Shown here piece by piece: positions 30,198 through 39,965 of a stretch of DNA of 64,000 bases. The translations under genes and the position numbers were made by a program. Below the pieces are notes generated by a model. The model did not search any database and was not told the DNA's origin. It saw nothing but the letters and a program-made list of their open reading frames with translations. The stretch's first letter is position 1. Each line of letters opens with the position of its first letter. This DNA comes from Thermodesulfobacteriota bacterium (GTDB taxonomy: Bacteria; Desulfobacterota; Desulfobacteria; Desulfobacterales; C00003060): the NCBI GenBank assembly GCA_034189385.1, contig JAXHVD010000008.1:1-64000 (forward strand). Reading direction: 5' to 3'.

Positions 30198-30244
30198 ATT
30201 ATGGGTATATGCTCAAAAATAACCACATCGGCCGAGGTTGTCAA
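30198..30244 (-). promoter_or_regulatory. sigma70 promoter with overlapping palindromic operator
   Basis: TTGACA-17bp-TATTTT on the minus strand; ATTATGGGTATATGCTCAAAAAT, also present at 39321. Confidence 0.6.
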
Positions 30245-30316
30245 GTCTTTTTTGTAGGCAGTGGTGCGGGGGGTCTTGCAGGGTGCAGCAGCAAGGGGAT
30301 TGTGTGATGGAAGGGT

Positions 30317-30340
30317 TGGGGGGGGCTATAAGCCCCCCCA
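30317..30340 (-). terminator. GC-rich stem-loop after the barrel gene
   Basis: GGGGGGGCT-ATA-AGCCCCCCC. Confidence 0.55.
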
Positions 30341-30440
30341 GTCGTATTTTAGCCAGTGCCGGACTCCTTGCAGGGCCTGCCAGCTGGGCAGGTCTCACCC
30401 AGAGCCAATGGCCTGGCAACGGTTAACGAAACATGCTCTT

Positions 30441-32654
30441 TTAGAAGACGTAATTCAAGCCTGCACTCAAGACATAGAGTTCGCCATCATCGCTAAAGAG
30501 GTAAGGGTCGTCATCCTCATACACGGTCATGGCAAGTCCCACGCCCAAGGCAAGGTCAGGATTGATGTCATAAGCAAGATCCATCTCCAGACTATATTGC
30601 TGGATGTCCAGATCAGAATACCCCGGAACGCTGGTAAGATCATAGGCATAACCCTGGGTGGCCGGATCATAACCGGTCCAGTCGTTTTGGTTAAAGGTCA
30701 TGCTGTCGATTTCAGCTGTGGAGTCTGTGAAAGAGCCTGTAAGCGTACAACTGAGTTTGTCAGTCGGTAAGTAGGTGGCTGAGAGAATGGCGGTGTGACT
30801 TTCGATCTCATAGTCTTCACTGGTTGCGAGCGAGCCAAACTGGCCCGTTGTGATGCCGCCCGCTCAGCCATTAAAGACCGGTATACAGACCACACTCTCC
30901 CTTGTTTCATCGTCATAGAGGTAGCTCAACATGAAACTCAGCTTCTCGTGAGGCGTGTACCACAAGGAGACCGAAGGCATGTGGAGTTCGCCGTCTCCGC
31001 TAGTGGTGTCCTCATCCTGCCATCGATAATGCCCCGAGAGACTCAGATTGTGTCTGATGGGGTAGCTCACATTGGCCGTTATCTCATGGCGCTCTTCAGG
31101 CTGATTGCTCATGTCCTGGGTCCTCGTCGTCCAGAATTGGTAGTACTGCTCACCAGTTCTCCAATTGCCGGTCACTTCTTGGGTCCCAAAGGCCTCGCAA
31201 GCACCGCCCTGATCGCTGGCTGTGGAGTTGACGAACTCATCATCGATGTCCTCGAAGGTGTATCGGACCCGTGCCTTGAGCTTTCCCCACCGGCCGTTTA
31301 CGCCCAGCTTGTACGTATCTATCTCTGTTTCTGTTTCATTCTCTGCCACCAGGTAGTCGTCGCGATCGATCTGTCGCCACTCATAGCTACCGTAGACTGA
31401 GAGCCCCGGCCGAATGGTGTACCGTGCCTTTAGATCGGCCCTGTAGTCATCCCTGGAAAGGGCCGACTCCCTGTTGTAGGGCCATGTAAAGGCCGGGTCA
31501 GAGGTCCCATAGAAGCTCTGATAGGTCCCGCTGTAATCTGGATTGGCGCCAGTGGGTTCCGCGTAATTTACAAGATAATCGTCGTTGTCGATTTCCATCC
31601 ATCGGAACCCGGCATTTAAGACCAGATTGGGGATATAGCTGTTGGTGATCCTAAAAGAGGCGGCATCCGTGTCAATCTCCAGGCTGCCGTCCACCATGTT
31701 GTCCCGGTTTTTCACGTTGGAGTTCACATAGGAAGCAAAGAGGCTGGTGTTTGTATCAGGAAGGGTCGCCTCTGCCTTGACCTTGTGGGTCTGCTTGTCC
31801 ATCTCAGGCACTTGGTCGAAGGCGAGCTCCTCATTTTGATACCACAACCGGTCTCCAAAGGGTTTGCTACCGATCTTTCTGGGATTGACCCCTTCATCAT
31901 AGAGATTGTGCGGGGTATGGCCCTCTTCCTTGAACTCTCGGTAGAGGAAGCTGTATTCCAGGGCAAGCTGGTTGGACCTGGCATCGCCAAACTTCGCCGT
32001 AATACTGGGATTGTAGTCCTCTGTATCCTCAGCAATAGAGCGGCTGTGGCTCTGCACATGGCAGGACGTACACTTGCTCATGGTCATGGATTGGCGATGG
32101 CCGTCCCTGGTCTCTTTTCGATAGTCAAATTTAAACTGCCCCCCAGGGATAAAGGGGAGGGCAATCTGGGTGCTGCTTTTGGTTTCTGTATGGATGATAT
32201 GGTATTCGCTACCCATATCGTAGTCGGTATGATGGGTGATGACGTGTGGGTCGCCGGGCGAATACACAGCGTTGAGGTTATCCATCGGGTCATGGTCCAG
32301 CCAGTGTTGAAAACGGTCGTATTCAAAGCTTTGCCTGACCATGCGTCTGAAATCCGCATCCAGATGGTATTGCTGCTCTTCGTCATCTAGAAAGTGGCCA
32401 CCAATTCCAAAGTAATCATCGCCTTTGTTTCCAGAGAGAGAAAACCCGATGGTCGGGTGGAGGCCTTCGTCCATGACCTCATACTCTCCCACCTTCCTGC
32501 TGTCTAGATCGGACGTTGCCACGGCCTCAAAGCCCGCTTCAAATTCAATCTCTGCCTCAACGTCTTCTGTAGCCGCCCAGGTTGGTGTTTGACCCCATAC
32601 CAGTAAAAGCGCAATAAAAAGGCTGAGGCCTATCCATTTAATGTTCTTTTTCAT
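30441..32654 (-). CDS. MtrB-like outer-membrane beta-barrel with CxxCH (GSU2204-like), selenoprotein (Sec597, TGA 30866-30864)
   Basis: Signal peptide; CTSCH; CIPVFNG-U-AGG continues in frame to the C-terminal barrel signature LNYVF; hairpin CGGGCCA-GTT-TGGCTCG. Confidence 0.85.
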
Positions 32655-32701
32655 GAGTGATTTTTCCCCCTTTCTTCAATAGAAACACGTTGCTCCACCA
32701 A

Positions 32702-33745
32702 TTACCTGGTCAAGGCCTTGCCTTTTCCTGGTACGGCCTGTGACGGCAAATCAGAACCGTGAATCCTCGAGTGACACTGGGTACACTTGGTCGTCCAAGC
32801 CCTCTTGAAGGCCAAACGGTCCGAGAGGTCATGGGCCTGGGCATATTTGGCATTGTTGTCCGGATTCACCTGGTACGTGGTGTACGGAAAGCTTTCATTG
32901 CCCTTATAAGGAAATTCGGCCACAGGTGTATCCAAGTCTTCGTCCCAGCCGACCTTGCCAGCATGGAAGTGAAACTCGTGGCACTGGAGGCAAAGGAAGG
33001 GTTCATTCTGCGAGAGGAGATTGTTCGCAATGGTCCCATGGGCCGAATGGCAGATGGTGCAGTCTTCCACCACTGGTGCGTGCTCAAAGACAAAGGGGCC
33101 CTGCTTGGAAGCATGACAGGTCAGGCACAGGTCGTTTAGCCTTTCATCTGTCTTGAGACTTCCCACGGCAGAGCCATGGGGATCATGACAGTCAGAACAG
33201 CCCATCTTTCCTTCCCTGATGGGATGATGGGAAGGATATTGGACTTTGGCCTGGATGTCCGGGTGACAGCTGTAGCAGCCTTCAGGCTCTGCCTTGGCCA
33301 GCAGATGCTTGCCTGCCGGCGGGTGGACCTTGTGGCATTCCACGCAACTCACATTATTCATGTGGTGCTCGCTGCCGCCCCAGTGATATCTGGTGTGACA
33401 GTCCAGACAAATCCTAGACTGTTCGGCCGCGGTGAGCTCACCAAATGCGATAATGTCAGAAGGTGCCTCTGATTCAACGTGCAAACTCCCGCCCCCGTGG
33501 CACGTTTCACAACCTGTGCCCAGGCCTGCTGTTTCAAAAGGGGCGATCCTGCCGTGAATGGTTTTGTCAAAGGCGTTGCAGACCTCGTCATGACAGTCGG
33601 CACAGGTCTCACTGCCCACGCTTGTGGCCCCCTGTATGACGGGCAGGCACACCGCTTTGGGTGGCAAGGCCTGCTTGGCACACTGCGTGCCGGCAAAGGC
33701 CACCAATGATAGTAACAATAGAAACCAAGGAAACTTTTTCTTCAT
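32702..33745 (-). CDS. Decaheme c-type cytochrome (MtrA/DmsE-like)
   Basis: Ten CxxCH; GPFVFEHAPV.EDC..CH and IHGSD.P; probable lipoprotein signal. Confidence 0.93.
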   Translation of the reverse strand: MKKKFPWFLLLLSLVAFAGTQCAKQALPPKAVCLPVIQGATSVGSETCADCHDEVCNAFDKTIHGRIAPFETAGLGTGCETCHGGGSLHVESEAPSDIIAFGELTAAEQSRICLDCHTRYHWGGSEHHMNNVSCVECHKVHPPAGKHLLAKAEPEGCYSCHPDIQAKVQYPSHHPIREGKMGCSDCHDPHGSAVGSLKTDERLNDLCLTCHASKQGPFVFEHAPVVEDCTICHSAHGTIANNLLSQNEPFLCLQCHEFHFHAGKVGWDEDLDTPVAEFPYKGNESFPYTTYQVNPDNNAKYAQAHDLSDRLAFKRAWTTKCTQCHSRIHGSDLPSQAVPGKGKALTR

Positions 33746-33999
33746 GCCCTGTTCCTCCTGTGTGGTTTGGGGTCGCCTCTCCTGGCGACAAACCACTAAA
33801 ATAGCTTTCTTAGGTTATTCCTCTTTCAGGCGAATCGGCTCTTCAGTGAGAAAGCTGGCACTGTTGAACCAGAATAAGGCCTAAAGTCTCTTGCATCTGA
33901 CCCGGCCTTCTTCGCCTCCTCTATTACTTAATTGTCATGCGACACCTTTTCGCGCTGCGGATATCACCTCCTTTCTTCGAGCATTACAACCATCGATCT

Positions 34000-34401
34000 C
34001 TATGAATGCCTTTGTTTATCGTAAAGGGGACCTGTCCCTTCTCCCTGGCGAGAAGACCGTGTGCCGGCCCGTCCAGGCATAAGGAATTTAGGGTCGTCCA
34101 GCTGATGAGACGCAAAGGCTGAAAGCACCTCTTCTACATCTCCGGCTATCCCTGTGATGACAGAAATTCCTGAGCTTTCCAATATGACGCGTAGGGTGTG
34201 GCTGATGCCGCCACAGATCAAGGTCGTAACCCCTGCTCTCTTGAGCAAGGAGACACGTTCAGATGAGGAAGGGTTCTGGAAAGGTAGGTCGGTTCTCTCT
34301 ATATCAGAACCATCTCCAGTGCGGATGACCAAGGCCTGGAGACAAGAGTCAAAAACCGGCGCAACCCGAGATCGAAACACGGGTATGGCAAATATGGCCA
34401 C
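34000..34401 (-). CDS. NifB/NifX-family protein
   Basis: AIPVFRSRVAPVFD...LICGGIS; paralog of domain 1 of 16666-17478. Confidence 0.85.
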   Translation of the reverse strand: MAIFAIPVFRSRVAPVFDSCLQALVIRTGDGSDIERTDLPFQNPSSSERVSLLKRAGVTTLICGGISHTLRVILESSGISVITGIAGDVEEVLSAFASHQLDDPKFLMPGRAGTRSSRQGEGTGPLYDKQRHS

Positions 34402-34639
34402 GTGATGTAAGTGCCCTTCGTTTCTTCCCCTGGCTATGGGAAACGGTGTCTCGCAACCCCATCAAATACTCGAAGCGGCACGTACTCATGTCCCCCGAAC
34501 AGAGTTCCGTACCTTTAATCCATGGGGCGTGTGACATCCCTCCGTGCCGCTTCGAGTAGGGTTGCGAGACACCCTCCAGGGGGGGGTAGCATGCCCCAGA
34601 ATTCTCGTATCCCATACAAGACTATTCTATTGTCAAATG

Positions 34640-34801
34640 GCAAGATATGTGCCAATATAAAAAAAACAGGACAAATATATATAACTAGTTGAAATACAAG
34701 AAAATTTTGTTGCCTAATGGCGCACTTCCAGGCGGGTTGAGCAGCGGGTAATGGGGCCAAAATGAACCAGAGTAGCGTTCGCCAGGGAACAATGTGAACC
34801 A
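34640..34801 (-). promoter_or_regulatory. sigma54 promoter (34640-34654) plus two candidate enhancer boxes (34753-34769, 34785-34801)
   Basis: TGGCACATATCTTGC; GGGGCCAAAATGAACCA and GGGAACAATGTGAACCA; AT-rich IHF-like tract in between. Confidence 0.72.
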
Positions 34802-34926
34802 TGACCTTGATTTTGGCCACAGACCGTCATCTCTTGATAAAGGGCAGGAGAATTCGGTCATGAAGGTCCCCCTGTTTGCCGGGGATTCTTGGTTTCTCAT
34901 ATGTCTTACGGGCCGCGGAGAATGGC

Positions 34927-36267
34927 ATGACACGACCTAAGATGTCCGGCGCTGAACATCATCAGATCATCCTGAACAGTATTGCAGATGGGGTTTTCAC
35001 TGTTGATACCAAATGGCGCGTTACTTCCTTTAATAAGGCGGCCGAGAAGATCACGGGTATTCCCAGCGAAGAGGCCATCGGCCAGTTATGCTATGAAGTC
35101 TTCAGGGCCAATGTCTGTGAGTCAGGCTGTGTGCTCCGGCACACCATGAAGTGCGGCAGACCCGTTCGCAATATGCCGGTCTTCATTGTGCGGGCAGACG
35201 AGCAACAAATCCCTATCAGTGTGACTACCAGCCTCTTGAAGGACAGCACAGGCCGCATTGTGGGCGGTGTGGAAACCTTCCGCGACCTGACGGTCATCCA
35301 CGAACTCAGAAAGGAGCTGCAAAAACAGCATTCTTTTGGGGATATTGTCAGTAAGAATGAAAAAATGCGCAGCCTGTTTTCCATTCTTCCTCATGTGGCC
35401 CAAAGTGACAGTACGGTGCTTGTTGAAGGGGCCAGCGGTACAGGGAAAGAGCTCTTTGCCAGGGCGATTCACAACAACAGCGCAAGAAAGACAGGCCCCT
35501 TTGTAGCGGTTAATTGTGGGGCCTTGCCCGATACCTTGATTGAATCTGAGCTCTTTGGCTATAAGGCAGGGGCCTTCACGGATGCCAAGAAGGACAAGCC
35601 GGGCCGATTTGCCTTGGCCCAAGGCGGTACCATCTTTCTGGACGAAATTGGAGATATCTCCCAGGCTGTGCAGGTGCGCCTGCTGCGTGTGTTGGAACAA
35701 AAAGTCTATGAGCCTTTGGGATCTACCAAGGAGGTTCATGCCAATGCGAGAGTGATTACGGCAACACATCAAAACATGCAAGAAATGGTTGCGCAGGGAG
35801 AATTTAGGAAGGATTTGCTTTACCGTATCAATGTGATCAAATTGTCTTTGCCTTCCCTTTCGGAACGAAGAGAGGACATTCCTCTTTTGGTGGACCATTT
35901 TGTGGGACGGTTCAACCACCTGACAGGACAAGAGGCCCTGGGCCTGACCCAGGAGGCCATGGCCGCACTCATGCTTCACGACTGGCCCGGAAATGTCCGC
36001 GAACTTGAAAATGCGATAGAACATGCCTTTGTGCTGCGTCAAGAGGCACTCATTCGCCTGCGAGACCTGCCGGGCCACCTCGTACCGGAAGATCGTGCAG
36101 CAATTGTTCCCAGCGGTTTGACCCTGAAGCAGATAGAAAAACGTGCCATTCAGGAGGCCCTGCAACGAAATGATTGGAAAAGAGTGGCAACAGCCCGGGA
36201 GCTGGGTATTGACAAGAACACCCTCCGCCGCAAGATAAAGCGTCTGGGCATCATGGAAGCCCCTTAG
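34927..36267 (+). CDS. PAS-domain sigma54-dependent activator, paralog 2
   Basis: Same architecture as, and highly similar to, 18180-19520 (GAFTDA). Confidence 0.95.
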   Translation: MTRPKMSGAEHHQIILNSIADGVFTVDTKWRVTSFNKAAEKITGIPSEEAIGQLCYEVFRANVCESGCVLRHTMKCGRPVRNMPVFIVRADEQQIPISVTTSLLKDSTGRIVGGVETFRDLTVIHELRKELQKQHSFGDIVSKNEKMRSLFSILPHVAQSDSTVLVEGASGTGKELFARAIHNNSARKTGPFVAVNCGALPDTLIESELFGYKAGAFTDAKKDKPGRFALAQGGTIFLDEIGDISQAVQVRLLRVLEQKVYEPLGSTKEVHANARVITATHQNMQEMVAQGEFRKDLLYRINVIKLSLPSLSERREDIPLLVDHFVGRFNHLTGQEALGLTQEAMAALMLHDWPGNVRELENAIEHAFVLRQEALIRLRDLPGHLVPEDRAAIVPSGLTLKQIEKRAIQEALQRNDWKRVATARELGIDKNTLRRKIKRLGIMEAP

Positions 36268-36703
36268 AGCGTTTTGCAGGGATCTGGTTAAAGGGAGTAG
36301 CGTCTTCGAGGTTCATACCAAACAGATATCTGAAGTCCCTCATCCTTATCAACCCCTTGAAATAACAGTCACAAACATGCCGAGGTTTCCGGGGAAGGGC
36401 AATGCTCTGGTTTGGGCCTTTTCCATGCAACGGGAGCCTCGGGATAGGGAAATCCGCTTCTCTTCGGCCTCCAATGCCTTTAGTAGCTGTGCAAAGATGG
36501 TGGGTGGCAATGGCTGTAGGCCTTCGTTCCGCGAATTTCCCATCCCTCTGTTGCCTAATTAGGGGGGCTACAAGTCTTGACACACCTACTATTGGTGGAA
36601 ACGAGGGGTGCGCCTCTTTTCAAGCCGTGAGGCGCAAACTTGAGCAGATATCTTTGGAGCCCATGATGAAGACGGTGGGGATAGGGGCCCTGCAGCGGTC
36701 TTT

Positions 36704-37348
36704 TCAACTCTTGTCAGGTATGCAGCACATGATCTTGGTCCTGCCACCAGGCATGGTGATCTTGTCAACACGGCTGAAATACTGGAGCAGCAACGTCCGT
36801 TCGTGTCTGAGGATTTCCATGGTTTTTTTCAGTCCCATGGAGAGAAGGCGCACATAGAAAAGGATGCGTATGAGCCGTTGCCTGGGGAGATCATGCTCCA
36901 TGATCAGAAATGGCCTGCCCGGTTTGAGTACCCTCACGATTTCATGGAGGGACTGTTCTTGCGTTTTCCCTTTCAGTTCGTAAAAGGCATAGCAGCATGT
37001 CACTGCATCAAAGATACTCTCTTTAAAGGGGACATTGGCAGCATCCCCTTCAACGAGGCGCACGTTGGCAAGGTTCCGGATCTTGGGTTTGGCTTTTTTA
37101 AGCATGCCTGTTGAGAAATCCATTCCCACCACTAGACTGCTACTTCCCACCCTTTTTTGCAGGTGAGACAGGGTCGATCCTGTGCCGGTGCAAAGGTCCA
37201 GCACTTTGGCCCCTTTTTTTGTCCCTACCTGGCCAGCCAGGAGGGCCCTCAGGGTTTCTTGCCTGTCCGTGGAGTGAAGGGCCACAAAGCGATCGTAGAT
37301 TCGAGAAAAAGCATCGTAATACTTCTGTCTAAATGTCTTCACTTGCAA
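36704..37348 (-). CDS. Class I SAM-dependent methyltransferase (UbiE-like)
   Basis: VLDLCTGTG, GMDFS.GML, GDA..PF....FD and RVLKPG. Confidence 0.88.
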   Translation of the reverse strand: MQVKTFRQKYYDAFSRIYDRFVALHSTDRQETLRALLAGQVGTKKGAKVLDLCTGTGSTLSHLQKRVGSSSLVVGMDFSTGMLKKAKPKIRNLANVRLVEGDAANVPFKESIFDAVTCCYAFYELKGKTQEQSLHEIVRVLKPGRPFLIMEHDLPRQRLIRILFYVRLLSMGLKKTMEILRHERTLLLQYFSRVDKITMPGGRTKIMCCIPDKS

Positions 37349-37498
37349 TCCCTGGTGCGGCCTTGCTGATCAGGAGAAAATACTCATCGGTACACTGACG
37401 CCCGCGCTCCATTCCTTTTGAGGCCAGTGGATGGGCACCAACGTGTCCATCCACGAATGGCCATCTTACAGCGTCTTCCCTATGGGGCAGTATGGAGG

Positions 37499-37894
37499 TC
37501 ACGTCCTCAACACCAGGTGTCGTCGGGCCTCGCCCTTCTCGTATTCCTCCCGGACCCGTTTTGCATTGCCTTTCATGACCTCCACGGCGTCGCTGACCTT
37601 CTGGGTTCTGATAACCACGCAGAGCAGCTTTTTGAGCAGCCTTGGCAAGTTCGGCCCATAGGTCCTGGCTACCAGAACATGGAGCCCTTCAAGGGCGGCT
37701 AGGGTTGCCTGTGCCTTCTTTGGGTCACCGTGTCTCAGCGCCTCATTGCCTTTGTACTTGGAGTTGGTCCTGCGCTCTAAGAACTGAGCTTTGCCCCCAG
37801 AAAAGCTGTAGACGTCAAAGTATTTCGCCTGGCCTGCATGATCATTGATCATGTGCTCGCCATCGTCGGTACTGAAGCCAATCAGTAATTCCAT
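37499..37894 (-). CDS. NifB/NifX-family protein
   Basis: DHAGQAKYF..Y, E.R.N, HGDP.KA and GPN. Confidence 0.75.
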   Translation of the reverse strand: MELLIGFSTDDGEHMINDHAGQAKYFDVYSFSGGKAQFLERRTNSKYKGNEALRHGDPKKAQATLAALEGLHVLVARTYGPNLPRLLKKLLCVVIRTQKVSDAVEVMKGNAKRVREEYEKGEARRHLVLRT

Positions 37895-37919
37895 CGCGTT
37901 TCCCAAACGTCTTTGCCAT

Positions 37920-39278
37920 CTATTTCCTGAGCTTCTGCAGGGCCTGTTCTGCCGCAATGGCAATGGGTTCCAGACTCGGTTCAGAGGAGCAATCTGGATG
38001 GCCCGCACATATAAAGGTTGTCAGGTCGGCAATCGTTTTCTCTCCTAGAATCAGGGCGCATACGGCATCGATCTCCTTTGCCGGCGCCTGACTGTCACTG
38101 ATGATCTGGCCGCCGATGAGCCTTTGCGTCTTTTTGTCAAAGACGAGCTTAAGCGTCCAAGGCTTGGCCCCGCTGATCATTCCGTGCTTGCTCCTGGAAT
38201 CGACTACGGCACTAACTGTCTCAAACCCTTCACTGTCCTGGGCTTGGACTTCTGTCAATCCCGTTGCCGCAATGGTCTTGTCGAAAAGCTTGACGGCAGT
38301 GCTCATCAATACACCGGGAAATGCGATATCATATCCGGCCAGCCTCTTGGCCACAAGGCGTCCCTGTATCACGGCCGGACCGCGGATCTGTCCTGCAACG
38401 GGTTTCTTTGTAATAAAATGGGTCTTCTCCACGCAGTCGCCTGCGGCGAGGACATCAGGGTTTGACGTCTCCAAGAACTGGTTTACCTTTATGCCGTATC
38501 GACCTATCTCCAAGCCCATGTCGTTTGCCAACTCCAGATTTGCCCTCGCCCCTACGCCCACTATGACCATATCTGCATCCAACAGTTGGCCTGCGGCGAG
38601 CTCTACACTTGAAACGCGTCCGTCTTGGCCCTTGATCTTGGTCACTTCCTCGCCCATTTTCATGGTAAGGCCTTTTTCAACGAGGTATTTCTCAATATTG
38701 AGCCCCATCTCCGTATCTAACATGAACGGCAACGGATGGGCCCGCCGGCCAACGACCGTCATCTCATCATAGTCTGGCATGGAGGCTGAAAGAAGGGTAG
38801 CTGTCTCCAGACTGATAAAACCCGCTCCTATGAATACCAGTCTCCTGGGTTTGCGCTCATCAATGAAGGCCCTTATTCTTTCTGCGTCCGGCACCTGCCT
38901 CAGTGTAAAGACCCCTTCCAGATCGTGGCCTTCAATCTGAGGCACCACCTGTGTGGCCCCGACCGCCAGCACCATCTTGTCATAAGGGACCTCACTTCCA
39001 TCCGACAATGCTATCATCTTCTTTTGGGCATCCACGTGTGTTGCCCGGGCCTTTATGAGATTGATGTTGGCATTGGAAAACATCTCGTCAGGATTGGTAA
39101 TGGAGTCTGCCGTGGCCAGACCGGCCACTACATGGGGCAGGGCTCACCTTACAATGAATCGTTCCTCCTCGCTAATGATGGTCACATCAACTTCCGGCAT
39201 GAGTTTCCTGCTGAGCATGGCAGCAGGCCCTCCCACGCCACCGCGGCCGACAATCACCAGTTTTTCACCCTTTTCCAT
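37920..39278 (-). CDS. NADH oxidase / CoA-disulfide reductase-like flavoprotein, selenoprotein (Sec45, TGA 39146-39144)
   Basis: Read-through from ATG39278 (AGGAGG RBS) gives VIVGRGGVG...FIVR-U-ALPH, with U at the single redox Cys position; GAGFISLE and AAGD; hairpin GTGGCC-GGTCT-GGCCAC. Confidence 0.9.
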
Positions 39279-39320
39279 GATGGCCCTCCTTTCGATCGTC
39301 ACGGCTTCCACACCCCTAAC

Positions 39321-39377
39321 ATTATTGGTATATGCTCATAATAAGAGACAAATACCTGTTCTCTGGCACAGTGTCAA
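39321..39377 (-). promoter_or_regulatory. sigma70 promoter with downstream palindromic operator
   Basis: TTGACA-17bp-TATTTG; ATTATTGGTATATGCTCATAAT. Confidence 0.6.
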
Positions 39378-39604
39378 GTCGTTTGTGGAGGAAAAATCGT
39401 CTAGGGCAGGGTGTAAGATGAACCTGGCAAGAAAAACTGGAAAGTCGTCATTCCTCGGTTTGCCTGTCTCCCGATGTTGATCTTGGCACCGGGGAATCCA
39501 GAAAAAGAAATGGATGACGGAAATGGTAAGGCCTAGCGTTGCAAGAGTCGAGGATGCGGCAGGTCCAAGGCGTCGGCGGTGAGGCTTGAGACTATCATGG
39601 CTTC

Positions 39605-39907
39605 CTAGTGTCGTGTCTCAGAAGTCCTTCTAAAAAGTAGAGTGCCGCCTTTAAGCCATTTTCCGGGCTCCGTGAGTATTTCCGGGAGGTCAGCTTCGTC
39701 GCGCTGAATCATGCACGAAGTGGCTCTTTTCAAGCCGTCAGGCGCCACCGTTAGCGCTATAACTCTCCGCCGCGGCGGATCAAAGAGTTTATGATTCCTA
39801 ACGCTTCACTCAGCTGACCTCTGATTCCGAAAATACTCAATGTCGAACGTAAAAGGCTTTCGGCTGCACAGTGACCAATGACACTTATTTCTGGTTCATG
39901 ACATTAG
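39605..39907. mobile_element. MITE-like element with nested inverted repeats
   Basis: CTAGTGTCGTGTCTCAGAAGT / ATTTCTGGTTCATGACATTAG imperfect TIRs; internal GAGGTCAGCT/AGCTGACCTC. Confidence 0.6.
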
Positions 39908-39965
39908 CACCTCTTGCCATGTCGTTTATGAAACATGAGGGTAACGCCACCGTGGAGATGCCAGA

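Noticed and set aside
34638..34652. Plus-strand sigma54 promoter TGGCAAGATATGTGC
   Set aside because: It is a by-product of the near-palindromic minus-strand promoter, fits the consensus less well, and the enhancer boxes lie on the wrong side.
35122..36165. Long antisense ORFs (this one, 10181-11056, 14115-14918, 42003-42773, 61879-62604 and others)
   Set aside because: Shadow frames of well-supported genes in GC-rich DNA, with no recognisable motifs.
37466..37501. Sec read-through at the NifX gene stop (RT-TGA-PPYC...)
   Set aside because: The domain is already complete and only a weak 3-bp hairpin follows.
14262..39146. In-frame TGAs as pseudogenes or a UGA-reassigned genetic code
   Set aside because: They fall mostly on conserved Cys positions and all have downstream hairpins, while many other genes end normally in TGA (rnfD, rnfG, apbE).
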